Shown: positions 52,701 through 64,000, counted from the stretch's first letter. The stretch is 64,000 nucleotides of DNA from Amoebophrya sp. A120 (GCA_905178155.1 CAJINV010000001.1:16368142-16432141), one strand, 5' to 3'. Made by a program: numbers and translations. The notes: generated by a model from the letters alone, not told the origin.

Positions 52701-53270
52701 TTAGTTGAGATTCTGGAGGCGGACGGAAAAACAGTGGACTCTGCGTACGTGGGGATAACCTGCAAGGTCGTGCAGGGATCTACGCCCGGGAACTGGAGCA
52801 GTCCGATCAAGGTGCGGATTGGGAACCTGAGCGCCGATGGCTCGGTGCCGATGGCGGTGGACAAATCGCCAAAGATGCTGCGACTCTGCAGGAACGGCTT
52901 TGGCGAGAGGCTCGGGACAAGAGCAGCTGCCGCCGGTGGGAATGGCCTTACTGCCAAACAGCCGGATTTTGTGGCGAAGGCGCCGCGCGGAGTGAGTGCG
53001 GTGCTGTTCACTCCGCTGAACGTGCGCTTCTTCCGTGTGGTGCAAACGCTTTGCTACAGGGAGCAAGACCTGAAAAACAACCCACCCGTGATAACGAACC
53101 AAATCTGGAAGCAGCTGATGGAGTCTGATCAGTACTTTGAAGGCCGCACCGCGGACCAGATGCGACAGACGTGGCGGACAATCTCCAAGATAGAGGCAAA
53201 AACGAATAATTGGGAAAAATTTTGTCTGCAGAAATCCAGACCTGGACTGAAGGCCAGTATCAAAACGTGA
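46713..53270 (+). CDS. SBNO: Strawberry notch (SBNO) family SF2 helicase-like protein, interrupted by a 2.2-kb insertion; intron 50092-50211
   Basis: LSSTQIETITLA, GFLIGEGTGCGKGR, AFDEGH, ARVLYVSATAATE, YMPRLGAW, AEISGR, DAGSTGVSLHA and PWAADKFTQQIGRIHRSGQ. Confidence 0.9.
47232..49392. mobile_element. 2161-bp insertion flanked by a perfect 59-bp direct repeat (47173-47231 / 49393-49451)
   Basis: The sequence TAAAGGCGCCCGCGAGCACTG...GGGCAATAAA is identical on both sides. Removing 2220 bp restores the SBNO frame. No TIR or intact ORF is seen. Confidence 0.8.
47515..48160. repeat. Minisatellite, 24-bp unit (28-bp variants), roughly 25 copies
   Basis: Unit TTTCAGGGTATCAGTTTCTGCCCG, decaying toward 48160. 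Confidence 0.95.
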
Positions 53271-53815
53271 GCGGCGAGAGCAATTACTTCTACGAAGATT
53301 TTTCGCTAGAAGACGCGACATTGAAGTACAGATCCATCGTACTTAAACAAGACTGCTAGAGAAAACATGAAATTCAAGTCTCTCGTGATGCATCAAAGTT
53401 CTTCATCGCTGTCACCAAGATAAGTGGCTGCACTACCGTTTTCCCCGCGACAAACAGCATGACGCAAATCAATTTCATATCATCGTGCCACGAACTGACA
53501 CTACCACAAATTTTTCACTGCGTTTAAGCTGCGTTCCTCGGATCGCCGTGTGAGTATACCAACGATACTCCGCTTGGTTAATCAAGCGGACAAGTCTTCG
53601 TCACAACCCATTTTACGCGGAGTGCTGACAGAAAGAATTCTCTGTCGCTTTTTGCGGCGCTGTGGTGGTGTCGTCACGAGAGAAATCTGGTGTAGCCAGT
53701 ATGACGAGATACGAGTCGTGAGGACGTGTGTAACACAACCTTTTCTACTGTCCCTTGCAGAGATATGAAGAGCTCATTAGCCGTCATTAATCATTCCAAA
53801 ACTAGTACACACAAG

Positions 53816-55970
53816 ATGTTCTTCTCGCCCGCTTCCTCCGCTCGCGCCGGGGTTCGGCAGTGGACAGCGTCGCGGCCGGCTGCCCGGAGTTTCCGCAACT
53901 TCCAAACCGGAGGAAGTTCATCTTCCACTGCAAGTGTGATACAGTGTCGTCCCTGTGCAGCGCATCCCGCACGCGTAGATACTGCAACGGGAGATAGAAG
54001 AAGCGTTCCATGCTCCGTACCACATGCGAAATTTTTCTCTTCCACGAGCACAACTGGACCGGGCGAGCAGAACAAGGGGCGCGGCTCGCTGAGCCTTCCC
54101 GAGGATTTCGTCCGCAAGGACTCCAAGGTGCGAACCCGGGCGCACATCGACCGGAAGGAGTTCATCCGGAAACACAGCAGCCAGCTGGATTCTGAGTATT
54201 CGTTTTCCAGCGAACTCGGTGCGGGAGGCTTTGCGAATGTGTTTCTGGTGACACACAAACTCACCGGCCAACTTCGTGCGGCCAAGCGAATTCACAAGAG
54301 CAAACTGAAAGGAAACTGGGAAATGCTGGAGAACGAGGTATTCATGAAATAATCTTTGAAACAGTTCCACTGGGTGCCGAAGCTGCAAGCGTAGCCAAAT
54401 GTTATCCTTTTGTCTCGCCCCCAACTCTTGCAGGTAAAAGCGATGCAAGACCTGGATCACCCGCACATTTGCAAACTCTACGAGCATTTCGAGGAGGAGG
54501 AGTATGTTTACCTGATTCTCGAGTACCTGCAGGGCGTTGACCTCTTCGAGCACATGCTGAACGTTTTCTCCGACGAAACCCACGAGCCCCAGGGCCGCTT
54601 CAACGAATACGAGGCCGCGGTGCTGATGCGGCACATGCTCAAGGCGGTTTTCTGTTGTCACAGTTCGAACATTGTGCACCGTGACATCAAGCCCGAAAAT
54701 TTCATGTTCGCGAACAAGGTTTTCTTTTGATTTTTCGCGTGATTTTGCTTCACACACAAGCAATGCATGCGTTCCTCTACCAAGTTTGTATGGCAGACAC
54801 ATGAGAAACAAAAAAAATCGCTGCAACCAAGGTTGATGCCACTCCAGACCTGCGGATGATCGATTTGGGCTTGTCGAAACGGGACCAGCAAGCTGGCGAT
54901 GGCAACATCACTGGGGTTGAGGGAACCCTGGCCTATATGGCGCCGGAAATGCTGCGCGGAGAGCCGTACAACCGGAAGTGCGATGTGTGGCCGCTGGGTG
55001 CGATTTGCTACATCATGCTGTGCGGGGAGCCGCTGTTTACTTTAACTGACGATAACGCAGCAGTGCAGGAAATTCAGAATGGCAATTTCGTAAAGCGGAA
55101 GCTGCAGGAAAAGCGCCGGATTTTGAGTCCTGACGCCATGTCCTTTCTCAAGGCAACTCTTGCATTCGATCCGTCGAGACGTTTGTCCGCGAAACACGCC
55201 CTTTGCCACCCGTTCGTGATGAAAACTTACATGGAGGATGGTCTGGTTTCCGAACGCGATCCGGAAAAACTGAAGAAAAGTATTTTGTTAGTTGTCACAC
55301 CTATTTCCTACTGATTTTTCCATAGATCTGTCCTCTCGCTCGGCCAAAACACAGTGAAAATTTTCAATTTTTTTTCCCTAACTTCGCCGCAACATGAACG
55401 TTTTCTCGGACGAAATAATCAGTTCTCTCGATGGGCGAGGTGCTGGAGCGCATGCGACGGTTTTCGGAGCTTAGCACGCTGAAGCGGTCGAGTTTGATTG
55501 TTCTGGCGCACATGATCGGCACCAGCGCCGACGAAATGGAGGCCTACCGGCTGACGTTCCGCCAGCTGGACACGGACGGAAGCGGGTCGCTCTCCCTCGA
55601 GGAGTTCAAGGAGGGCATCCAGCGGGAGTCGCTGCGCTTGGACCAGAAGCCGATCGAGTTTCCGGCGAACTTCAACGATGAGATCTGGCCGGCGGTGGAC
55701 CTCAACGAGAGCGACGATATCAATTTTACCGAATTTTTAGCCGCCTGCCTCAGCTCCGACCAGTACAACGAAAGCCACTGGCGGGCGGTCTTCCAGGTGC
55801 TGGACGTTAACAAGAACGGGCACTTGAGCGCGGAAGATTTTCGAGAACTGTTTCACGACAACGAAGAGAAGGAAGTCCTGGACATCTGGCACGAAATTTG
55901 CGACAAAGACGATGGCACGCTCTCCGCCGAGCAGTACATTCATTTTATGCAAAACGAGGTACCGGCGTAA
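53816..55970 (+). CDS. CDPK: Calcium-dependent protein kinase (kinase + EF hands), 4 exons
   Basis: LGAGGFANV, AAK, HRDIKPEN, DLG and APE; EF hands DTDGSGSLSLEE, DLNESDDINFTE and DVNKNGHLSAED. Introns 54338-54433, 54719-54831 and 55280-55422. Confidence 0.93.
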
Positions 55971-57217
55971 CGACATTCGAAGTTCAGTTTTGAAGCGTTC
56001 AGCACAGAAACTGTCCTTCCGGACTTGTAGCTGAAATAAAAAAGATTAGCAACACAGAGGGAGAGGATGCTCTCAGTGTATCGACCTTTTATTTCACAAA
56101 TGGTGCGCGGCCAAGTTTATTGGCGTAAGTACATTTTCTGTCATTTTCCAGCGTTCTTCTTTACGGCACTCCAACAAACAGAATGACTTTTGCAATTATG
56201 TCTCCCCGACGAGATTAACACCCAGAAATCGCAGCAAAAAAACTATTGCGCACTCCCGTAGAACGTTTCGCCACAAAAAGAGAACAGGTACACGTGATCA
56301 GCTCAATTTTGAAGCAAAGTACACAAGTTAGTTTAGTTTCCGTTTCAGACAAGAATTGAAGAATTTTTTTGGTGACAAGGAAGAAAGCAGTATGGAAAAA
56401 TGCAGTGAGGCTGAGGAGCCGAAGTATGTACTGAATGTCTCTTTCCTACTAATTCCGGATGTAGAGTAAAACAACGCACACTGGAAACACATCGATCCGC
56501 TGCTGTTGAAGATGTAAGTAGAACTACGCACCAAAATAAGTCACCCGGCTGCTGTCGGTCTCGAAAGAAAAAACAGACACACTACTTTTCGGTTTCGTCC
56601 CATCAAGTGCGCAGATTCGGACATGAACAGAAGCAAGACTCGGTTGTCTTTTTTTCGTACGAAGCAACCAGGTCGGTCGTAGTCGTTCCGCTGTGAAAAT
56701 TTTTTGCTCATCGTCCTCCGTGCAAAGAGAAACTGAGTCGTGCGTCACCTGCGTTTGTTATCCACTTGTAGTGCCGCACATACATTGTAGAAAGACCACT
56801 GTAGACGATCATCAACAGCCTCGGAAATACATCTATTCATGGATTCGAGCGAACAAATGAAACAACTTTTTCCCTCTTTCTGCCCCTCAGGTCCCCGCGA
56901 AATTGCACTATTGTGCGAGTCTTGCGGGACGACGCCAAACCTAATTGAGTAGTTGTTTCATCACTAGTAGAAGCGGAACACGCAAGTGTGTGTTTTGGTG
57001 CTGAGTACTTGTACAATCATCCACGACCCACACGACCGAAACTTTTTACACTAGTATATCACTCATTGTGATTTCTTGTACGATCACCCCCGACATCAAC
57101 CCTTCGCGAAGTGAAAATTACCGACATAAGGACACACCTCCGTGGATTGAGTCGATCTGCATCAAGATTAGGCGGAATTATAAATCGGAGTAGTTCTTAC
57201 TTTTTTTAATAGAGTCG

Positions 57218-60200
57218 ATGGTGTTGTCGACGCTGCGCGCGTCGCGGAGTGCCGCGCGCCGCGTGGCGGCGCAGAACGCGCAGCCCAGCAGTTCCGCGTC
57301 CTCGAGAGCTCCTTTTCGCTCGCAAGTCAGATGTTTCTCGGAAAGCAAGGACCACCTCCCGGTGGCCGACCGGCTCGCCTTCTTCGACCGGACGAGAAGT
57401 GGGCACTTTATCCCGCTCAAGCCGGACCCGAACCTGCACGCGGAACTGGAAACCTTCGACCATCCCACGATTCCGAAGAAGAAGTTCGTGAAGGGAATTC
57501 GGCCGCCGGCGGGGCTGTACGAGGCGATGTACGGAGTTCTGAAAGACGAGCTGAAGGCCATGGAGGACATTAGTAAGTACGACCAAGGCATCAGCGAAAT
57601 GTTGACCGAAACCGAACAGAAGGGCTACCTCGATTCCCTCCTTGCGAACTTACTTTTCCCAAAAGTCGTCGCACCGCGCGCACAAATGGCCACAAAAAAG
57701 ACGATGTTGTTCCCCGCTTCCATCTACTCGCATATGCCAATCGGGATGGGAAACTACTGCATGCAGAAGATGGGCGGAAGTTTTGAGGAGAGTTATCGCT
57801 ACGTCACCTACTATCGTTCCGGGCTCATGATGGAAGAGTACTTATTTCGTTTTGCTGAATTTTCACCGTCGAGTCAAATGAAACAAATGGGCAACATAGC
57901 TCTGCAACACAAAGAACAAAGCTATTTGCACGAGGTGGCGCTTCTGTACTCGTACACGAATTTTTCAATCTTCCATCGTAGATCTGTCACAACATCATAA
58001 CTGCTTATGCTTACACATCTATCAAACAGGTTGTACCGCATTGGGTACACGCAGGACGAAGCCATCAAGATGATCTATGGCGTTCTCAAACGTTACATTC
58101 TCAACTGTTACATGGATTTGTGATGCAAGAATGGCAAAAGTCAAAGGGGTGACCTTGCGCGTCTAGCATGACAAATTTGGCACAGATTCTCAGCCTGTTT
58201 GGCTGTTCGAGAATTTGTCATGCGAAGCAGCTTGATCGTATCAATTCTAATTGTGATTTTGCATGACAAATCATGTAACAGTTGAGAATGTAACGTTTGA
58301 GAACGCCATATGATCGCGAAAGAGCACTTCATGCAGTACTGGTCCGGCGACCCCTTCGGCCCGAAGCGCGACCCGCACATCTATAACCCCTTCAAGCGGA
58401 CCTTTTACCCGCCGCTGTCGCCGATCTCCGAGGGGTCCACGGATCTGGGTCGTGACCACGAGCTGGAGACCGCCCGCCTGTTCGCCGCCGGCTTCGAGGG
58501 GATGACACCGCCAGTGACCATTCTCTCGTCCGGTGACACGGGTATGTTCACCGACGGTGCCCTGAATTCCATCCAGCACCTGGTCGAGGCCTCGGAGCGC
58601 GGCTTCAAAATGCCACTGGTGTACCAGGTCTGCATGAACAATTCCGCCATCAGTACGCGGTACGACAAGGGCAGGGATTACGGTGTGGATGACTTGGATG
58701 TGTGCTTGATGAAATTGGAGAACCGCTTCGCGCAGTATGAGGGCCTGATCGACCCCGGGTTCGTCTCCCGTGCGGGCGATGTCAAGGACGGCATGGACTG
58801 CATGCGGAAAGCAGTCGACCAGGTACAAAGGGGTAGATTGTTGCTTGATGTTGCGTCAGTAGACGATACGAAAACTACTAGGCAAATCTTGTTCCGTTCG
58901 CAACAACGGAACGCACATGAGAAATGAAATTTTTCACCTCACATACGACTTCACCTTGCATACGAAATGACCAGGTGCTGGAAACCGGTCGGCCGACGTA
59001 CGTGATCAGTTCCTTCCCGTTCCGTCCGGGTGGCCACGCGGCGGATGCCAACCCGTCCCCCGAGCCGATCATTCTGGATCAGTTCAAGAAGACGCGCGAC
59101 ATCTTCCTGAGCCAGCTGTGCGCCGCTGCGCCCAAGGGCACCACCGGCCCGCAGCTCGCGAGCATGATGGAGGAATTCCATGACAAGGTCTACGAGGAGG
59201 TGGAACTCGCGATTCGCGGCAAGAACATCCTGACCCGCGAGCAGGCCCGCGAAATTTCGCAGCCGGGGATCACCACGACCTTGGCCAACGAACCGGGTCA
59301 GATCGTAAACATCGACATTGACTACATGCTGGCCAAGAACCAAACCGAGTTCGCGGGGATGGGGTCGGATATCTACGGCCGAGCCATCAACAACCAGTTC
59401 GACAAGTGCGAAGCCGAAGGCCGGACAGTCAGGTATTGTAGTAAAGCGCCAAAGCAATAGCAAACTGCTGGTTTTGTAGCATGAGTGCATGGCTTAGGCA
59501 ACACTCCACCCTTCGCCCGTGCTAGAGGTAAGCGGGTCGCTTAGGAAGACAATGTAAAGGTTGTTGCGCGCCGGCAGCATTTGCTTTTCCGGACTCGCAT
59601 TATAATCTCCTAGTGTTGATATCGTACAATTATTTCCGCCTTTATTTCAGATACGTCCATCAAGAGAACCACTATGCGGGCGAGCACGATTCTCGCGGTG
59701 GCGTCTACGGCGAACTGAACGCTGTGCAGGGGAAGCACACCAAGAAGTTCGTGTCCATCTTTCCGCAGGAGGCCCAAGTGATGCAGGTCGGTATGGCCAT
59801 GCGCTCCGTGCTGCCGGATAACAATCTGGTTTTCGTCAAGGGACCGCACACCATCTTCAACGAGCATGCCCGGGACATCATGAAGTACGCCGCTTTCCTG
59901 GTTTGCGATAGGGGGTTGAAGGGGAACTGCATTTACTTCTTCGATGGCGGAAGTATTGCAGATAAGGACAACTTCAAGTACAAGGACGCCGAAACTGGGG
60001 AGGAGGTATTCTGAAGTGCTTTTTTTCTCTCTTCGTTTCCACTCTGAAAGTGTCTAGTGTAGTGAAGTTCATCGAACAAAATTGATTTGAAACCACCACA
60101 AATCTCATGATCTGATCAGATCCAACGCGACTTGTGGCTCGCGGGCGTCGGTGAGCACCACAACACCCCGGAGTACTCTTCCTACGCGGCCGACGCAAAC

Positions 60201-62647
60201 ACGGTGATGGCCGTTCCCTGCGACATGAACGTGTTGTCTGCGTGCATGACCGAGATGGTCCGCCTCTACGACATGGGCCGTTTCATCACTGCGGTTGCGC
60301 CCACCAAGGCCTTCCAGGTCCTCCACCCCAAATTCGCGTGCTTGCCGGAGGGCCAGGGCTTCACGATTAACGACATCCTGAAGGTCGACTTCAAGGACAA
60401 GGGCAAGGTCGCCCCGAAGACCGGCCGTCCCCTCATCGTGCTGTCTTACGGGCCGGACGCGAAGCTCGTCGCAAAAACCATCGCGGACCACGGCGTATTA
60501 ATTTTTGCCTTAAGAGCGACTAATTCCAATTTCTGTCTTCAAACTTTGTATCATCGATGAACTGCACGCAGATTTTGGTCTCATAATTGTGCTTTCGGGC
60601 GAATAATCACAGGTGCAATGCGAAATGTTCGTCTTCAACTTCAACCGCGTTCCGAACTCTTTGGTGAGCTACCTGCAATCTCGGTTGAGCGAAGACCTGG
60701 ATATCCTGCTGGTTGACCAGAATTGCGACGCGGCCCTCTTTGGTCCCGTCGTCACGGATCTGAAGCAGAAGCTCGGCAACCCGCGCAACTTCTTCTTCGC
60801 GGAGTGCACCATCCCGAAAACGTTTATCCCGTACGGCTTCGGTGAGCCGCTCCTGCAAGACAAGGACATCACTGCCAGCCTCGCGGAAATCGGCGTCATC
60901 GACGGTGCTGCCGCGCCGAAGGTATGTTTTTGCTTTACTTCTTCTTTTCAGAAACAGTGGCCGCTTCTACGAAAAAGAAAATCTAGAGGCGCAGCTCCCA
61001 CTTACCCCTTCAAAAAGTTATGTGTCTGATGTATCTCTGTGTTTCATTCGATTTACAACAGGCATCCGCACCGAAAGCCGCTGCGGCACCCGCAGCCGCC
61101 CCTGCTGCCGCACCCGCGGCGAGCGCCCCGTCCGGCGGTGGTGCCGCTGTCAAGGTCAATGCGCCGATGGACGGAGAGGGCGTGTACCTGACCTTCCACA
61201 AGAAGGTGGGCGATTCGGTATCCAAGGGCGACATCGTCGTCGAAGTTGAGTCCGACAAGGCCACCATCGAGGTCGCTGCCACCACTGACGGTAAAGAAAA
61301 GTTAGTTTTTTTCTATCGTCCTCGACCTGCTGCGAGGCACATTTCACTTCAATTTTGCCTGCTTGCGCCGAAGAAAATCACGCCATTTTCTTCATCAATA
61401 CTTCAGGTGTGATCGCGGAGTTCTTCGCTGAGGAGCAAGAAGAGATGGACGTGGGCCCAGACACTGCGCTCTTTAGCATCGAGCCTGCTGGTGGAGCGGG
61501 TGGTGCTGCCCCCGCGGCGGCCCCGGCCGCACCCGCAGCGGCTGCCCCGGCCAGCGGTGGCGGCGAGGTGGTCAACGTGAACGCACCGATGGATGGCGAA
61601 GGTATTTTTTTGATGCTGGCCAGAATTGTTTAGCCTGCTTTTGATTGAACAAGACAACAGATCTACATCACCTTGCGGAGTACTAAATTCAGTTATCCCC
61701 TGCTCAAACCTTGACACCATTATCGCAAAACAAACCTCTCTAAAATCGCATCAGGTGTTTACCTGACCTTCCACAAGAAGGTCGGTGATTCCGTTTCCAA
61801 GGGCGACATCGTCGTCGAAGTTGAGTCCGACAAGGCGACGATCGAAGTGGCCGCGCCCGCGGACGGTGTGATCAAGGAATTTTTCGCTGAAGAGCAAGAG
61901 GAGATGGACGTGGGTCCCGATACTAAGCTGTTCTCCATGGAGAAGGGCGGCGGTGGCGGTGCTGCTCCGGCGGCGGCCGCTGCGCCCGCTGCTGCTGCTC
62001 CGGCGGCCGCCGCTGCGCCCGCAGCTGCGGGTGCTGACGGCGTGAAGGAGGTCGCCCTGTCGCGGGTGGAGCAGGCGATGGTGAAGGCTATGACGATCAC
62101 GCTGGAGGATACCCGCACGTTCAGTCAGTTCGACTCGCTGGACTTCAACAAGGTCCGGGCCATCGGGAAGGAGGCCGGCGTCACCCCACCGATTGTGATG
62201 GTCAAGTACCTGGGCGAAGCCGCCAAGAAGCACAACCTGAACAAAAAGCTGTCCAAGGACCGAAAGTCCATGCTGTTCCGGGACCAGGTCGACATCGGTA
62301 TCGCGGTGGATGTCGGCTCCGGGCTGCGCACGTGCGTGATCCGGGACGTGACCAACAAGACTCTGCAGCAAATCAACGCGGACGTGCAAGGCTTCGTCGC
62401 TGCGGGCGGAAAGTTGTCCCCGCAGGACACCGATTTGACTACAGTTTCCTACACCGTCACCTCCATTGGGAAGAACGCGGCGAAATTTGCAGTTTCCGTT
62501 TTGCCGCCCAAGACCGCCGGTATTCTGTCTATCGGCCGCATGGCGAAAGATGGTGAGGCCTACCTCTCCTTGGCTATGTGCCACGCGACCTTGACCGGAG
62601 TTGAGGGTATGACCTTGCTGGGTGAGGTCAGAGACAGCCTGTCCTAA
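57218..62647 (+). CDS. Single-chain 2-oxoacid dehydrogenase: transit peptide-E1alpha-E1beta-lipoyl-lipoyl-E2 core, 10 exons, ~1328 aa
   Basis: Exons 57218-57837, 58030-58075, 58316-58822, 58975-59432, 59651-60005, 60120-60494, 60613-60921, 61062-61290, 61407-61601 and 61755-62647 sum to 3987 nt in frame. ThDP motif GDTG..(x)..NN, RPGGH, GGVYG, VESDKA twice, and DIGIAVD. Confidence 0.85.
58076..58310. mobile_element. 235-bp MITE/IR-introner with ~52-bp TIRs and a TGATC target-site duplication, inside a coding exon
   Basis: 58076-58128 versus 58259-58310: the outer 39 bp are perfect reverse complements. TGATC occurs at 58071-58075 and 58311-58315. Confidence 0.92.
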
Positions 62648-64000
62648 GCACTTCAGTGGTCGAGTAGTTTTTTGATAGTTCTGTGGTCGAGTGGCAACCT
62701 TGTAATTCACTTGCTAGAAAATTTTCCAGACTTGGTGTCCACGAGTCACAGGCCACGATCTCGCTGTACTCTGTCAGACTACTACTGCGCCATTTCGTGA
62801 CGTCGTCGCCCTAGTTATTTTCTCTCACTTTTCTGAGAGGAACGAATTAGGCAAGCGAACACAATTTTTGTTCTCTCTTGCAAAAGAGATGATGAAACTA
62901 TTGCGCCAGACGTTTCTTCGTGACAGAATAGGCAATTTTTACTCGTTTCCGCATCACCTCATCTTTTTTCGGTTTCGCGTTTCTCAGATTCTATGGAAAA
63001 CAAGCAGACAAGCACTTCTATTTCACTTTAGTCTTGGAATATAATCCTTGCAAAATCCTATACACGCATTTGACAGCCATTGGAAACTCAGAAACATTAC
63101 ATCCGTAAGATTCTTGTCGTCGATGATATGTTAAACAAAACTATGTGGCGTTGCCTCCGTCCGTCTCCGACTAGTACAGCGGACACGGCTAATGATACGT
63201 ACCAAATGCAAAATATGTAGCTCCGTTCAACACCGGTGGTCTTGTACATCTGATGCACAGGACACACTGGGGAAATTAAAAAGTAAACTTTTTAACAACA
63301 ACGAACTACTGGATCAATAGACGTAGTCAGGCGCGTATTGTACAAAAAAAATTGTAAATTTTCCACACAGACGAGCAACTACAATCGACATGGCTTACCA
63401 TTAGCATACTCACCATAAGCGCATAGTACTCGCCAGATACATGGGTGCAAGCTAGTCACCACGACATCTGTGATCGCGCTGTTTGAACACATCAACAACA
63501 CAAAGCAGCAAGGGACAACAACTGACCTCCATCAGTTCTAAGCTGCTCTTATGCGTGGCACTTGCTTCGAATAGATAAAAAAAGAAACACGACAAAAACA
63601 TGAATCCGTCATCGATCTACTTTTTTTCTGGATTGCTAGGCTGTTTTAGAGTGACAAAAGAGCTCCAATCCGCGCGGCGTGTTCCCCTTGTCGCTTTCAC
63701 CGAGGTCGAGATCACCCAAAAAATTGCGAAAGCTTACCCGGGTGCATAGGCCAAATCAAATATTACCCCTCCTACTATCTTCAGCCACTAGATGGTGACA
63801 CCAAGGACGTAACAAGAACAACCGCCAATTGTGATATTATAGAAAAAGACTTCTGGTCTTGTTGGTTAGTGGCTTCGGTTGATTTGTTTCTTGGAAGTCG
63901 TTTCACAAAGAGGTTCAGCACCTGGAAGTCCATGTACTTACAGATCCTAAGTCTGAAATCAGTTTCGCGTTCATTTTGCACTAGTGCAAAGGATGGCAGC

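Noticed and set aside
61751-62710. Long minus-strand ORFs (this one, 53918-54826, 36615-37406 and others)
   Set aside because: Antisense shadows of GC3-rich + strand exons with no recognisable motifs.

Overview
Gene-dense eukaryotic (alveolate) genomic DNA with about 16 protein-coding genes, all on the + strand, and mostly short (~95-220 bp) GT-AG introns. The unidirectional gene array, a calcium-dependent protein kinase, ciliary/centriolar genes and inverted-repeat introns point to a Syndiniales dinoflagellate of the Amoebophrya type (inference, not proven). Genes in order: ClpP-like protease, secreted TPR protein, 3-hydroxyisobutyrate dehydrogenase-family enzyme, Trk/HKT transporter, RPEL+RINT1/Tip20 protein, KDEL receptor-like, MORN protein, a large unknown with a possible RelE-like C-terminus, a hypothetical, RPS24, a hypothetical, CEP131, a coiled-coil CaaX protein, strawberry notch, CDPK, and a 2-oxoacid dehydrogenase. 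Highlights: (1) ten exons at 57218-62647 join in frame into one ~1328-aa polypeptide fusing E1alpha, E1beta, two lipoyl domains and a divergent E2 core; (2) two related TIR elements with 5-bp target duplications sit inside coding exons as probable non-canonical introns; (3) a 2.16-kb minisatellite-bearing insertion flanked by a perfect 59-bp duplication interrupts strawberry notch and looks spliceable. All exon models were built by hand, without transcript data or database searches.
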